A DNA stretch of 64,000 nucleotides from Paraspadella gotoi (taxonomy: Eukaryota > Animalia > Chaetognatha), in assembly GCA_051294375.1 (NCBI GenBank), contig CM119271.1, forward strand, positions 11,737,896 through 11,801,895, written 5' to 3'. The notes beneath the pieces are model-generated. The model did not search any database and had not been told where the DNA came from. It was given only the letters and a program-made list of their open reading frames with translations. Shown piece after piece: positions 1 through 11,682 of the stretch (its first letter is position 1; each line of letters begins with the position of its first letter). Made by a program: the position numbers and the translations under genes.

Positions 1-150
1 TTCGATCGTTGCCTGATAAGTTTAAATGATAATTTAATCTTTTATTATTGTTAAAAAATAAACTAATTTACCGTGAGTCAAAAGGTCACCCAGAACCCCG
101 ATGTCTTCGATGTCGTCCGTCAAACTTTCGTCGCATTCGATCGGCGCCAT
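1..150 (-). CDS. 5' end of an unidentified gene (MAPIECDESLTDDIEDIGVLGDLLTHG|NDR...), runs off the window
   Basis: ATG at 150, GC-rich exon 72-150, donor GTAAAT at 71, acceptor TTATCAG at ~13; no recognisable homology. Confidence 0.45.
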
Positions 151-697
151 TTTTGTTTCATTTGAGTCTTGTGACAAAAAAAACATTACATAAACAAACA
201 AACAAACAGACCCAACAATCAAATAAGAAAATATACTCGAGCAATAGATCACAAAATGGCGATAAATCAACAAACCCATAAAAGTTTTTTTTTTAGAAAT
301 ATACGGAAACGCGATGAAAAGTAGAGACGGGCTCACGAAAAAAATGATATCCGTTTTTTTTCTGACCAGACACGGTTACTATCAAACTTTTATGAAATTT
401 TACATATAGAATCTTAATGACTAAATAAATAAAACTATCGAGGCGCATTTAGATATTCAACCCCTGAGAGAGATACAGGGCCCTGGGGCTAATTTTTGAC
501 TGTGGGGCTATATCTCGGCTCGGGGATCAAATATTAAAATTCGCCTCAGTAGTTCTAATTGTATTCCCATAGGAATCGTGCATACAAAATTTCAACAAAT
601 TTGGTCGAGAAGTCTATTCTGGGTCAGGAAAAATCCCGGTATCATTTTATATATGAAGCCTTCTGTTTTAAAAGTGCAAAATGTCCGAGGATCGACT

Positions 698-1858
698 TCA
701 TCCGACCATGAGTCTCTTCCTCCCTCGTAGCCTCACTTCCTCCAACTTAGCAAAGACTTCCACGAAAAGTTTCTTCTCGCTGTGTTTCTCGTAACTCTGC
801 AGCAAAAGAGCGAAGAGCCTCTCAGTGTTGGGATGAGTGCTGAGGAAGGCTCTCTCCAACACGTAGAGGTCGACTCCTTTGTGTTCCGCGAGATTTTCGT
901 GATGCGAGAGACCGAAGTCGATCAGAGTTAAGGATTCAGAGTCGGAGGGTCGAGTGAGGAGCCTGAAAAAAGCGAGAGGGGGGAAGTGGGATTCGAACTC
1001 GGCTTTGGGTTGACCTTTTGAAGGAGTCGGAGTTTTCTCTCTCAGAAAGATCAACCTAGTAGTATTCTATATGACATATACTGTAATATAACAAGGGACA
1101 TAAAAATTTCAATCATCATCATCATCATTCATCATCTAGTATTTTTTTGCAATGTTTAAGTATATCGTTTATATATATCTATGTTATCTATAGTATAGTT
1201 TAATTTGTAGTTAGTTATAGTATGTTTAATTATAACGTAACTGTTTTTCTACAATAGACTATAGAAGGAACCATTTTCAACAAAAATAATCTCAAAGAGG
1301 TTCCAAACGTAAGCAACCATTTATTTATCTAATAATTATAATTCATCACAACTGACATGTTGGACGTGGTGAGATCTCCGTGCACGATGTTCTCTCGATG
1401 CATCATCGCTAAAATCCTTCCGATTCGTCGACACACCTTCTCCAACTCCTCGTCCGCCTCGAAATTCCGTCGCGAGAGAATTAAATCTCTCACGGAAATC
1501 GCATCCGGGAAAAATTCCATTACGATCGAGTTCGTCTCTTGATCGACGAAGTAAACCGTCGGTACAGGAATTCCCGCCATCCTTTTAATAATTGTATTGT
1601 TGTATTATTAAGAAATTAATTTAAATTGATTAAATCTGATTTAACGATCGAGTCGAGACCGACTGACCGACATCGAGTGAGGGAACGGACTTCGGCCGTG
1701 ACCCGTTGTTGGGTCAAAGTTTTGTCGAGTTGCGGATGACGATATTTTTTACTGAATCGATGTTTGACCAAAGATTTTTTGCCATGAAAATCCATGGTGT
1801 AAAGTTTAGCTTCGGCGCCCTGAACGAGCGTAACGCAAGCCTCGTAAGGCGCGGTCAT
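698..1858 (-). CDS. TP53RK: TP53-regulating kinase (Bud32/PRPK), KEOPS complex kinase, 3 exons
   Basis: Motifs [41 protein letters not shown] and C-terminal RGRKRLMVG; exons ~1858-1668, 1581-1357, 962-698 joined by in-frame GT-AG introns. Confidence 0.95.
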
Positions 1859-2849
1859 TATGAGAGATCTGAAAGAAGAGAGGAGACTGAAAATGGAGGG
1901 AGCCTAACGTATTTTAATGACATAAAATCAAACATTAAATCCGCTCCTACGAAATTTATAGTCCCACTTATTGAACGTCAAAATACTAATAAACTAATAG
2001 GCACACAAGTGGATAATAAAAAATGAAATATAAAAACTACAAGTCTGGTTCTGTTTCGATAGTAAACTAATTCTAAATTGCACATAATGAAAATAAACTT
2101 GATGGCGAGAGTAGATAGAAAGATGAACTAAAATAATACTTTCCGTAAAAAATATTCGGAGAGAATCAACTGAGAAGTAATGTAGAATGTATTGTACCTC
2201 ATAATCTACATTCGAGTTTTTTCGATCTTTTCGATTACAATTTAAATTTCACCTTCACACTTTTAAAAGTCTAAAAATATCTGAATATAAATGACTGGAG
2301 ATTAAAAATAATTGAAATTGTATAATAACATCTGAAACATTTCATTGTCAAGAACCAGACTGGGTCCCTTTTTTTAATAATCAAAACTAATTTAACTTAG
2401 GACATAAGATAAACAGGCTTAATACTAACTGAATGTATAACGAAAAAAGGTATAAACGAGAGAAATATAAAAAGGTTTTCAATCACAGTATTCTCTAAAT
2501 TGTCCTAATTGATTCCGGAGAAACAACGAATAAAATTCACATTTTGCCATCGATGAGTTTTTGGTCACAGCGAACATCAAATAGAAATGATTGATTGATT
2601 GTCTTCTTTGGAAGTGACGACCTGAAAGTAAAAACAATTTTTTAAGATAATAAGTTCTTGCTTCCCCCCCCCAATTACTTGGAACAATTAATGCATAATA
2701 CTAATTACTAAACAATACGATTTACTTTAGAACATATGTTTAACGAATTTAACAGAATTTAACCAACCAATGATATCCAGCCCGTATCGATCTTTTCAAA
2801 CGACGACAACAACAACCCCGACTTCCCGCTCTCTTATTCAAACCTGGAC

Positions 2850-3926
2850 TCAGAGAAGAGGCCCCGCGCATTCGAGAGAATCTCGAGTCTTCAAATGCCA
2901 CTTGATGGGAAAAATGTTTCGATCCTTGAAACTGCAGACGTAATCGTAAGTCGAAGAGTATCCGTCGAATCCAACCTTTACCTGGTTAACGTATAAGAAA
3001 CCATTTAAAACCCAATAAATAACGGATTATTATTAACATTATTATTAATAAATACCCTATTTCCATCCTCCTCGCTCTCCTTGATCGTCGCGGGGCAGAG
3101 GAGATGGGGATTCTTGAGGTCGACGGCCTCCAACTTGTCGCCGACGCGAAAGAGATTCCGCGGCGGCGACGAAGGCGACTTGGCGAACCACTCGGCCCGA
3201 GCCACCAGGTGTCGATCTCAAATTTGCCAATTTCTCCAAATTAATACTTAGAATTGTTTCTATTGTGGCGGTATATTCACACTGTTGGACATAAACTCTC
3301 GTTGTAATCCTCACGTCCATCATCGTTCAGCCAATTCCATTGGCTGACAGCCCACAGGGGGAACGCACCATCCCAGGCGTTGTGTTCCATCCACAGTCCT
3401 CACGACTTCCCTTTGGGTTGGCAAAGGGACACCGCGCCAATGACTGGAGGCGTCACTGAGGGTCGGAAGCCCCCAAAGCCAACAGTGAGATGCCCCATCC
3501 CAATGGGCCTCACAGGCAACCCGGCTGTTAGATATTTGGGGATAATCTTGGTCTTTTTTTTTTCTCAGGGTTACGAAGTTAGAAGAAGAAGTTGAGGTAA
3601 AGGGTGGTTGAGGGGATTAGTGTTAGGAATAATCACCAAACAGTACATGATATAGCTTGGTTAATGGTTATACAAATAAAATTAAGCAGATATTTCAAAC
3701 CTCTCTTCAAGGTGGCGAGTCTCTGGGAGAGTCGGCGGTGAAATTGCACAGGATTGAAGGATGAAGAAGGCGGAACCGCGATGAAGTCGACGTTGGAGGT
3801 GGAAAGGTCGAGATGACGGAGAGAGTCGCAGTCGATCGTCCGCCAGAAACTGTTTTCTTTGGTCATCCCGTCGGTGAAACATAATTTCACTTTGATTCTG
3901 GGGCAAGAAACGGAATGGTGTCTCAA

Positions 3927-3969
<43 letters not shown>

Positions 3970-5766
3970 CTACCTGTATCCCTTGACATCGTCAACGACT
4001 GCAAGATTAAAGAGATCCCTATTCAACTCTTCGGGCGTCGCCCGAACCAAGAGATGCGTCCCGATCTTGAACCAATTCTTGGAGGGATCGACGGGCTGTT
4101 TGAAGGCCTCCACCGGCGCCGCCCGCACATCATTCTCCAAGAGATACTCGTCCCAGGTTTTGACGTAATCGTCGGCCTTTCTCTTCCGCACCGACTTTCG
4201 AATCGTCTCGTCCGGGTTGGAAAGGGCCAAACTCTGATCCAGATCGCAAGGGATTATTGGATTGATCTTCGGACGCGGGAGGGATCGAGTTCCTCGGCGA
4301 ACGAAGGACGGAGGGATGGAATCGGAAGATAACTCGGAAGGCGTCGACTCTGGAGGAGAAGTTCCCTCCACGAAGGTTAAGACGACGGATTTGGCGGATC
4401 CAGAAGAACCGTAGGAACCGGGAGATAAGGCGGGAAAGGAGCCGATTGGATCGCAGCTTCTCTTTCCTATTTTCTCATTGGTGTCATCATTCGTTTCATC
4501 GGCTTTGGCTTTAATCACAATGGGCCCCGTGATTCCTTCCAACTTTTTGACAAAAACCCTAAGCGTCGAATTGCCTTCCAAAGCTTTAAGAATAATGCAA
4601 TCCCCCTTGCTGTCGTTTTTCTTGCAGCTGCTGTTATTACTGTTAACTGGACGTGATTGTTCTGGACAATCTGTATCGATCTTCCAGACGACGGCGCTCT
4701 CGGTTGATGGGAGACTCCCGGTCAACGAGTCGGGCGATCGAGAGCGCTCGTCGATCGAAGACACGCAACTCGAAAGCGACTCTGTTATCGTCGACGCCGT
4801 CGCCATGGAAACGCGGGGCATCGCGGAAGAAGCGCTTTTCGAAGAGCGCGATAACCTCGAGGGGGTTTTCTTAGAAATGCGCGGCAACGTGGAGGAGGAA
4901 GCGCCTTTAAAAGGACGAAGAATCGGCGAAGAAGTTGAGACGGGAGACAAAATTCCTATCTCGGTAGAAGCGCAGGAGGTCGCCACCTCCGTCGCCGTTT
5001 CATCCGTGCTAATCGTTTCACATTCATAATCCCGTTTCTTTGATGATTTGCAATACTGAAACATCTGGACTGCCTCTTCGCCATCCACAACCCCTGAGGC
5101 CAGGCATTCAAGGATGTCCCCATTTCGAAAGAGGAGACCGTTTGTCTCCGCGTATTCGGTGAGCGACATCCCGCGATTCTTGAGCCAAGTGACCAGCCAG
5201 GGCAGGAAGTTGGTCGGTTTCTCTCGCGTCTCTCGTACCACAAACTCTACAAATTCGCGAGAAAACCCGTGGCCCGGGAAGTTGGAATATAAAAATGGAG
5301 ACTCGAGAAAGCCAATGAGTGCGGACTTTAAAAGTGGCAAATTGTGCCAAATGACGAGCGGCAATAGGCTGGCAATATTTTGCGCTGACACGCACTTTGC
5401 TAATATTTTCTGGCATGACAGTGACAAAGAAGACCAGTCTAACTCGGCCGCCACTCGCAACAGTTGGAGAATGTCGTCAAATGGTTCGTTCTCAGGCAAA
5501 AGGTCGAAATAAAGAAAATAAACAAAGAGCTCGAGTTGTCTCTGTGACAGAATAGTTGCAGTTGTAAGTTGGACGCGGCGCGGGATGTTGAGAGGGCCAG
5601 CTGGAATCATCGATTGGATTCGCCGGCAGTTGGAGGTTTGGAGGACGAGTGAGTGGAGTGCAACGGAGGGATGTCGGACGCCGATGGACGGGCGTGGGTC
5701 GCGTTGGAAAATCTCCACATCCTTGAAAGCCTCATCATCGATGAGACGGTCGACCAGGGAACTCAT
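2850..5766 (-). CDS. BTB/BACK-like N-terminus, Ser-rich linker and C-terminal MBT (malignant brain tumour) repeats
   Basis: N-terminal DVEI..HSLVL..LYF..LLRVAAELDWSSLSLSCQKIL (BTB); TWDEYL..AAPVEAFKQ..NWFKIG and FRVGDKLEAVDLKNPHLLCPATI..VKVGFDGYSSTYDY..IFPIKW (MBT); exons 5766-3974, 3897-3701, 3216-3056, 2981-2850. Confidence 0.75.
3295..3530. other. GC-rich, hairpin-rich intronic insert (SINE or structured-RNA-like)
   Basis: Several local inverted repeats (CAGCCAAT/ATTGGCTG, TCCCTTTG/CAAAGGGA, GTGAG..CTCAC, CAATGAC/GTCACTG) inside an AT-rich intron. Confidence 0.4.
3931..3967. repeat. (GA)n microsatellite in intron
   Basis: Direct observation. Confidence 0.95.
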
Positions 5767-6296
5767 GCTCGCCGGAATCAGTTCTCTTGATTTTCAAAAG
5801 ATTAAAAGAGTGCCTTGCGGGAGGAGGGGAAAAATTACAATGACGGAATGGGAGCATCGGAATATCTCAGTTTAAAATGCAAAAATAGTAAAATAGTAAC
5901 ATATGTGTCTATGGATCAGTAGATCTGGGGGTCAAAAAGGTGTGAATCTTCACAAAGTTTTAACCTGATTACGATAGTGAAACCAAAATTTTTGCTTTAA
6001 GGTCCTCAAGCCGAGAAAATTAAATGGTCAGTGCTTGTCACGGATTGACCAAGTTATGAAGAGCAAATCGAAACCCGCCTCAAACAAATTCTTGTAATTT
6101 CAATCATTTACTACTGAGAAACTACAAATTTCTTTTTGATTTAAAACATGAATCAGAAAGGAGAATTTCGATAGTGGGCCATGGCGCACCGCGACTAAAG
6201 CTAAAAATGCACAGCATGGGTCTAATAAGTAAACTATTATCAACATAGTTAACTATTAATATATAACTAGCGACGTTTCTCCCCCACCTCCCGCCC

Positions 6297-6988
6297 TCAT
6301 TTATTGGACATCTGCAAATCGGCGGTGGAGAGGTTCACGATCTTCGGGTAGACGACTTTCTTATTGTCCAACTCGTTCTGCGCCCACAACAGCAGTTTCA
6401 ACAGGTTGGAGATCTTGGGGACGGCGTCCCTGTTCTCCGCAGAAAGGATGGCGGCGTTGAGCTCCGAGGCGACCTTCTGTCGGTGGCAAGGATGGAGAAG
6501 GTCGCGGAAGGGGCACGACTCCGGAGACTCGAAGGCCAACAGGGCCAGAGTTCGCTCCAGTTCGCTGAGGACGCCGGGGTTTTCTGAGTGGAGTCGAGGT
6601 AGAGGGAGGCAAGAGGACAAGTACAAAATAAAAAAGGACAATGGAATTATGGTCAGAAATAAGAAATTGAAAAGGAAAAAAGGAAAATAAGTCAATTTGG
6701 CCAAAGCAGAGGATAATATTTATTAAGGTGAGGGCCAAGAGTTAATAGAAAAAGGTGATTATTTCCTCACAGGCCCGGACCTCCCCTTCCACCCCGCCTG
6801 TTTAATGTTTACCTTCTCCTCGCTCCGCCAGGTGAATCTGCGCGAATTCCAGCGCCTGTTCGATCTGTTTTTCTCTTATCAACTCAATGAGTTGTTGTTG
6901 TTGGAGATGGAAGTAGAGGTAGCGATCGTTGTCGAGCAACTCGGGATGGTAGTCGTTCACGAGACCAATTGACTCTTGAATGCGACCC

Positions 6989-7036
<48 letters not shown>

Positions 7037-7555
7037 GCAATACTTTTCAATTTCTTTTACTAACATTTTACTAAATTTTTCTTCTTTTTATTTTATCAAT
7101 TTCATTTTTTTTGTGCTTCAGTTTCATCAATTTCTATACATTTTACAAATTTCTAATCATTTACAAATTAATTTTGTTATTTAATTTTAATAAATTCCAT
7201 TTCCCCCCCCCCAACAACCGACCTGATGAATCAACTCCTTAATCTTAATCCTCAAATCGAGCGAATCCAAATCCACGTTCGTCTCGACGCCGGATTCCTT
7301 CTGAAACTTCTCGGCGGCCTCTTTGAAGCCTTCGGTGACGAGGTAGTTCATGATGAGTTTGTTCATGTCCGCTCTGGGGACGGGATGAGACTCCAACTTG
7401 GTCGCCCACTCATCTCGCGACACCTCCAGACACTTGGGGTCCGAGTGGAGCGCGCTGGAGCTAGAACCGCCCGTGAGCGTGACGATGTTGGAGCCGGGGA
7501 TCGATCCCGAGGGACCGAGGGAGCTCGTGGATCCCCCGAGGGATCCCGATGCCAT
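6297..7555 (-). CDS. GID8: GID/CTLH complex subunit 8 (TWA1), LisH-CTLH-CRA
   Basis: [68 protein letters not shown]; exons 7555-7223, 6987-6813, 6583-6297. Confidence 0.95.
6989..7036. repeat. (ATT)n microsatellite abutting a GID8 3' splice site
   Basis: Direct observation. Confidence 0.95.
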
Positions 7556-7875
7556 CGCTTGCAGAATGGTGCCGGTCGGTGTGGGGGGCGACGGAGAGGA
7601 AAGAATCAGCGGGGGGCGGAGGGGGGCGTATCTGTCTCTTTTGAGATAATATATTAACTATTTTTGGTTGAGAAATAAAAAAAAAAAGAATCCGATTGAA
7701 AATCTATTTGCCAGTTTTCTATACAATTTCTAGAGACATCAAACAAATTAATGTAAATAAACATTAAACAAAGAATCATCTACAGTCTTCAAATAAAAGT
7801 TTCCAAGTCTCACGAGTCTACTTAACGCTCTTTGCATCGTTTTTCTGATCTACAGTCTTTAGTAAAGAGTTGGAG

Positions 7876-10800
7876 ATGGGCGCGGGATTTTCCATCGGCA
7901 AGAAAAAGGAAGAAGAAGAAGAAGAAGAGGAAGAGGAGCTTCTAGACGACGACGAAGACGACGTCAAAAGATTGAAACAGAAATCAAACGATGTTGACGA
8001 ATCAGAAGAGGTTTATAGTTTGTTACATTTAATAAATTTATTGTGGTAGTAACCTTTCTTTTTCGTTGTTATATGTATTTGGGCAAAATGATTTTTGTTT
8101 CACAACGAATTTTATTTTATCATATAAACGTACATGTTTCGGCTTTGGACCCTTACGCAGGCAATGGGCAGGCGATGCCTCTCCCTCGACTGTAGCAACT
8201 CAATCCCTCTCTCTGGGGAGCGAGCGTCGACCAAAACGACGGCTCCAGGAGGAGGGGGAGGAGTCCAGCACTCCTGTCACAAAAGTGGCAAGAACTGACA
8301 ACCGCCCACCTCGTCAGCAGGCGAGAAGAGAGCAGCTGGCAGGCGTATCAGGCCAAAGAGACATTCGAGTAGCACTTGGAATGTTTCCGCAAGGAAGCCT
8401 CCCTATCCCGACAATAACATATTCGGTTCAATTGTCCTCTCAACCAATGACACGCCAATGACCCAGCCCATCGCCCGAGCCTCTCATTTGTCCAAACCAA
8501 GGGGGGCCAGCTCACTTTGAGCTCTATCTTAATTCTTAATTTCTAACTTTATTAACAATTCTTTACACTAAATGTATCTTCTCACTTTCACATTTCATTT
8601 TCACCTTCACTTATTTATTCATTAAATAGTTAATTGTTAATAACAGTTTAAAAACTTTATTTGTTGTACATTTGAAATGTAATATTATTTTCTCTCTCCT
8701 GTCTCTCTCTCTCTCCCTCTCTCTCCCAATCTCTCTCACTCTGACCATTTCATTTCTTATTCAAAACTAAAATCTCTATCTGTCCTCATTCTTAACCTGT
8801 TCCTCACCACTTGACCACTATTCTTTTTTCTCAACTCTGTGTTGGAAACTTTGCCCTATCTCTCTCTCTCCCTTCTTTCACACAAAAAACTGTACAAATT
8901 TTCACAAATCATTGACGCTGAAGAAGGCTTGCATCCAAAGCCGAAACATGTACGTTTATATGATAAAATAAATTCGTTGTGAAACAAAAATCATTTTGCC
9001 CAAATAATTTTATTATAATTAATTATTTATCAATGTATTCAATAGTAATCTACTGTATGTAATCTGGTGGAGGTCATTGGCGCAGAAGGCAAGTCATTCG
9101 CCTCCCAACTTAATTTATTTATAATTTATTTTTTATTTATACATTTATCATTTATTTATCTATCATTTATTCCTGATAGTTCTTTCGTATCTATTACGAC
9201 GGATCAAAAAATTTTACAGGGAACGAACGAGTTAGTTTGCTGCAATTGTTCTGAATGCTGTTCTTCCTGCAAATGCTGTGCGTGCTCCGCTTGCTGCGAG
9301 GGATGCTGCGCAACTTGCGACAAAAAACTAAGGGCGGCGGAAAAGTGGCTGGGCGTGTCGCGATCGGTCGTCGTCGCCTTCGTCGTCATGGTCATCTTTG
9401 CCATCGTCTCTATCTTCTTGGCCAATCGGTACAACGTTTTTCTGGAAGAGTACGAAGCGCACTTCAACGACACCGAGGCCACCGATGAGATCGGCATGTG
9501 AGAGATTTAAACAATCTTTTAATTAATTTAACATTTAATTAAACATTTAATTAAACTTTTAATTAATTTAACATTTAATTAAACTTTTCCTCTCCTTCAA
9601 GTCACGTGGACAAACTCTTCGACGAGATGCTCCTCAGAGAGAACGCCTTCATGGCCATCGCCCATAGAGTGGACGACCTACTCGACGACATCGCCCTTCG
9701 CCAAATGAAAGGCACCTGCTTCGTCTCCAAAGTCAGGACCAACTCGTCCCAAACGGACACGGCCACGAACAAAGCCTCTCTCGTCCGCGAACACATTTGG
9801 CTCAAGTTCAGCGAACCCGTCGAGAGTCTCTGCGAGGGAACGACTGAAGGAGGAGGATGGCTCCTCTTTCAACGCCACCGCCCGCTCGAGGATGAAGGGG
9901 CGTTCGAGGCGGCGGATTGGGACGCCTACCGGGACGGTTTCGGCGACCCTGGCCAAGATTCCGGCGCCTACTGGCTCGGGCTGAATCTCTTGCATCGGCT
10001 GACCCGCCAGGGCATGTGGGACTTGTTGATCAAGCTTAAGTGGAGCGACGGATCGTTGCGGGGACGATGGGGATTCGTCAAATACTCGGGATTCCAGATC
10101 GAAGGAGAAAACGAAAACTTTAAGATTCGATTCGACAAATCGACGAGGAAGTCGAGCGGACTTCCCGGCGCCGGAGGGACGCCGGCTTTTGTGCCGACGG
10201 AGTGCCGAGGACTCTGCTCGTGCGTGGAATTTAATGGAAAGCCTTTTACCACGAGGGACAGGTGACAGAAAATGTTTTTTTTTAATTAGTTTACTTCATA
10301 TCAAATTGTATATTAAATCATATATATATGATAATAGATATATATGTATAAGTATATTGTGGATAAGGCGCTTAGTGGAACCAGGCTTGAGGGTTTTCCA
10401 CGCCCCCAAGGGGCTTACGGCCGTCCTCACACTTCCCGCGGGTAGATACCGGGTTGGGATTGAACCCGGTACCTAGTGGTCATGAGCTGATGGCTTTACT
10501 CAATGAGCCACCGGGTCAGGACTGAAGTGTCATGCTTAGAGGCGGGGGTGAACTTTGTATGCCCCACATACATATATATATATATATATTATATAAGTCC
10601 AAGGGTGGAAAAATATAATCCGGGGGCGGTGAATATTAGTCCAAGGGCGGGGGAGAAAATTGGTGTCGACGAGAGAAAAAGGGACGGGGTCTGGGACTTA
10701 GGCTATAGGGGAATTGTTCTTTTGGTTCTTGGTTAATTTTCTTATAAGTCGGAGACGAAGCAAGGACTTGGGGTGGGGCTTTTCGTGATTACGGGTTCGA

Positions 10801-11372
10801 GCAGCGCACAAAGGGCGCCACTCTCTAGGTCGGGGTATGGCTGACGGAATGTGAAAACGAAATGGTGAGGAAAAAAAAGGAGACTAAAAAAGTGGGAAAA
10901 GGCAAAAAGGCTAAAAGGCAAATCGGGAAAGGGCTGGTGAAGGAAAATGAGAGAAGAGCGTGAGTGAAGAACCTAAACCCTGCGGCCGGCGCTGAATCCC
11001 GGAAGGAGGGAGGAGGAGGAAGAGGAGGAGGTTCTCGGGTGCGAAGTCCTCCCGGCATCTTTCTGATATTATTATTCAACGTTTTGTCTAAATTGTATTT
11101 TCATCTTGTAACTTTATCTACAATCTACATCCTCTTAAAGTCTATATCTAAATCCTCTGAAATCTAAATCCTGTTAAAATCTAATCCTCTCAAACAGCGA
11201 CCACGACGAGAGCGTTGTCAACTGCGCCATCGCTGGTCGCGGCGGATGGTGGTTCGACGCCTGCAGCGACATCTGTCTCAATTGCAGGGAATTGGGTTGG
11301 GTCTACATGGAATACACCGAAGACGGCAAGGACAAGCAAGAGCATCTGCCGAAGAAACGCAAATGGCGATGA
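7876..11372 (+). CDS. Type II membrane fibrinogen-related domain (FReD, FIBCD1-like) protein, 4 exons
   Basis: Exons 7876-8010 (MGAGFS.., acidic), 9220-9497 (Cys cluster + TM), 9602-10261 (GGGWLLFQR..WDAYRDGFG..YWLGL..LT), 11198-11372 (DHD..NCA..GGWWFDAC); splice phases compatible. A missing A near 11357 would give a FReD-like end KKTQMAMSRR.. with stop at 11410. Confidence 0.8.
8076..9006 (+). mobile_element. Penelope-like (PLE) 5'-truncated insertion with inverted pseudo-LTR, in FReD intron 1
   Basis: ~73-bp near-perfect inverted repeat 8076-8149 / 8934-9006; the right copy overlaps a hammerhead motif; internal ORF remnant to 8461. Confidence 0.7.
8914..8956 (+). ncRNA. Minimal type I hammerhead ribozyme
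   Basis: GACG-CUGAAGA-A-GGCUU(gcaucca)AAGCC-GAAA-CAUG-UA-CGUU: conserved core, 5-bp stem II, palindromic ACAUGU stem III, GUA cleavage triplet, GACG/CGUU stem I. Confidence 0.75.
10358..10555 (-). mobile_element. tRNA-derived interspersed element, copy 1 (internally deleted), between TA-rich tracts in FReD intron 3
   Basis: Minus strand has A box TGGCTCATTGAG, CAT anticodon-like loop and B box GGTTCAATCCC; aligns with 32352-32595. Confidence 0.75.
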
Positions 11373-11682
11373 GCCGTCGCCGTGAGGATTCCATTTTTGA
11401 AAAATATTAAATTAAAAAGTTTGTTTTACATTTGTTCGAATTTTATTGGTTGCACGTATTCATTATATATTGAAAAAGCTGCTCATAAAATAAACTCATC
11501 ACTTTTAACGTATCACGATTTGATTGTTTTTGTCTCGAAGAGAAAAGTTCAGTCGTTATCTCTTTTTAAACTGATTTTCAAAAAGGCTTTGATTGTAACT
11601 GCAACAAAGAATTCAACAAAAAACATTTAACAGCCAATCAATGACCAACCCACGACCCTTTCCCCATCAATCCATCAATCAA

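Noticed and set aside
330-660. Helentron/DINE-like non-autonomous element (similar impression at ~5900-6030)
   Set aside because: Only a compositional resemblance; no ends, repeats or sister copies can be demonstrated.
2042-2361. MITE defined by an 11-bp inverted repeat AGTCTGGTTCT/AGAACCAGACT
   Set aside because: Short, no TSD and no second copy in the window; cannot be supported.
10440-10520. Functional tRNA-Met gene (also 32390-32460)
   Set aside because: Acceptor and anticodon stems pair poorly, and both copies sit inside a larger shared repeat.
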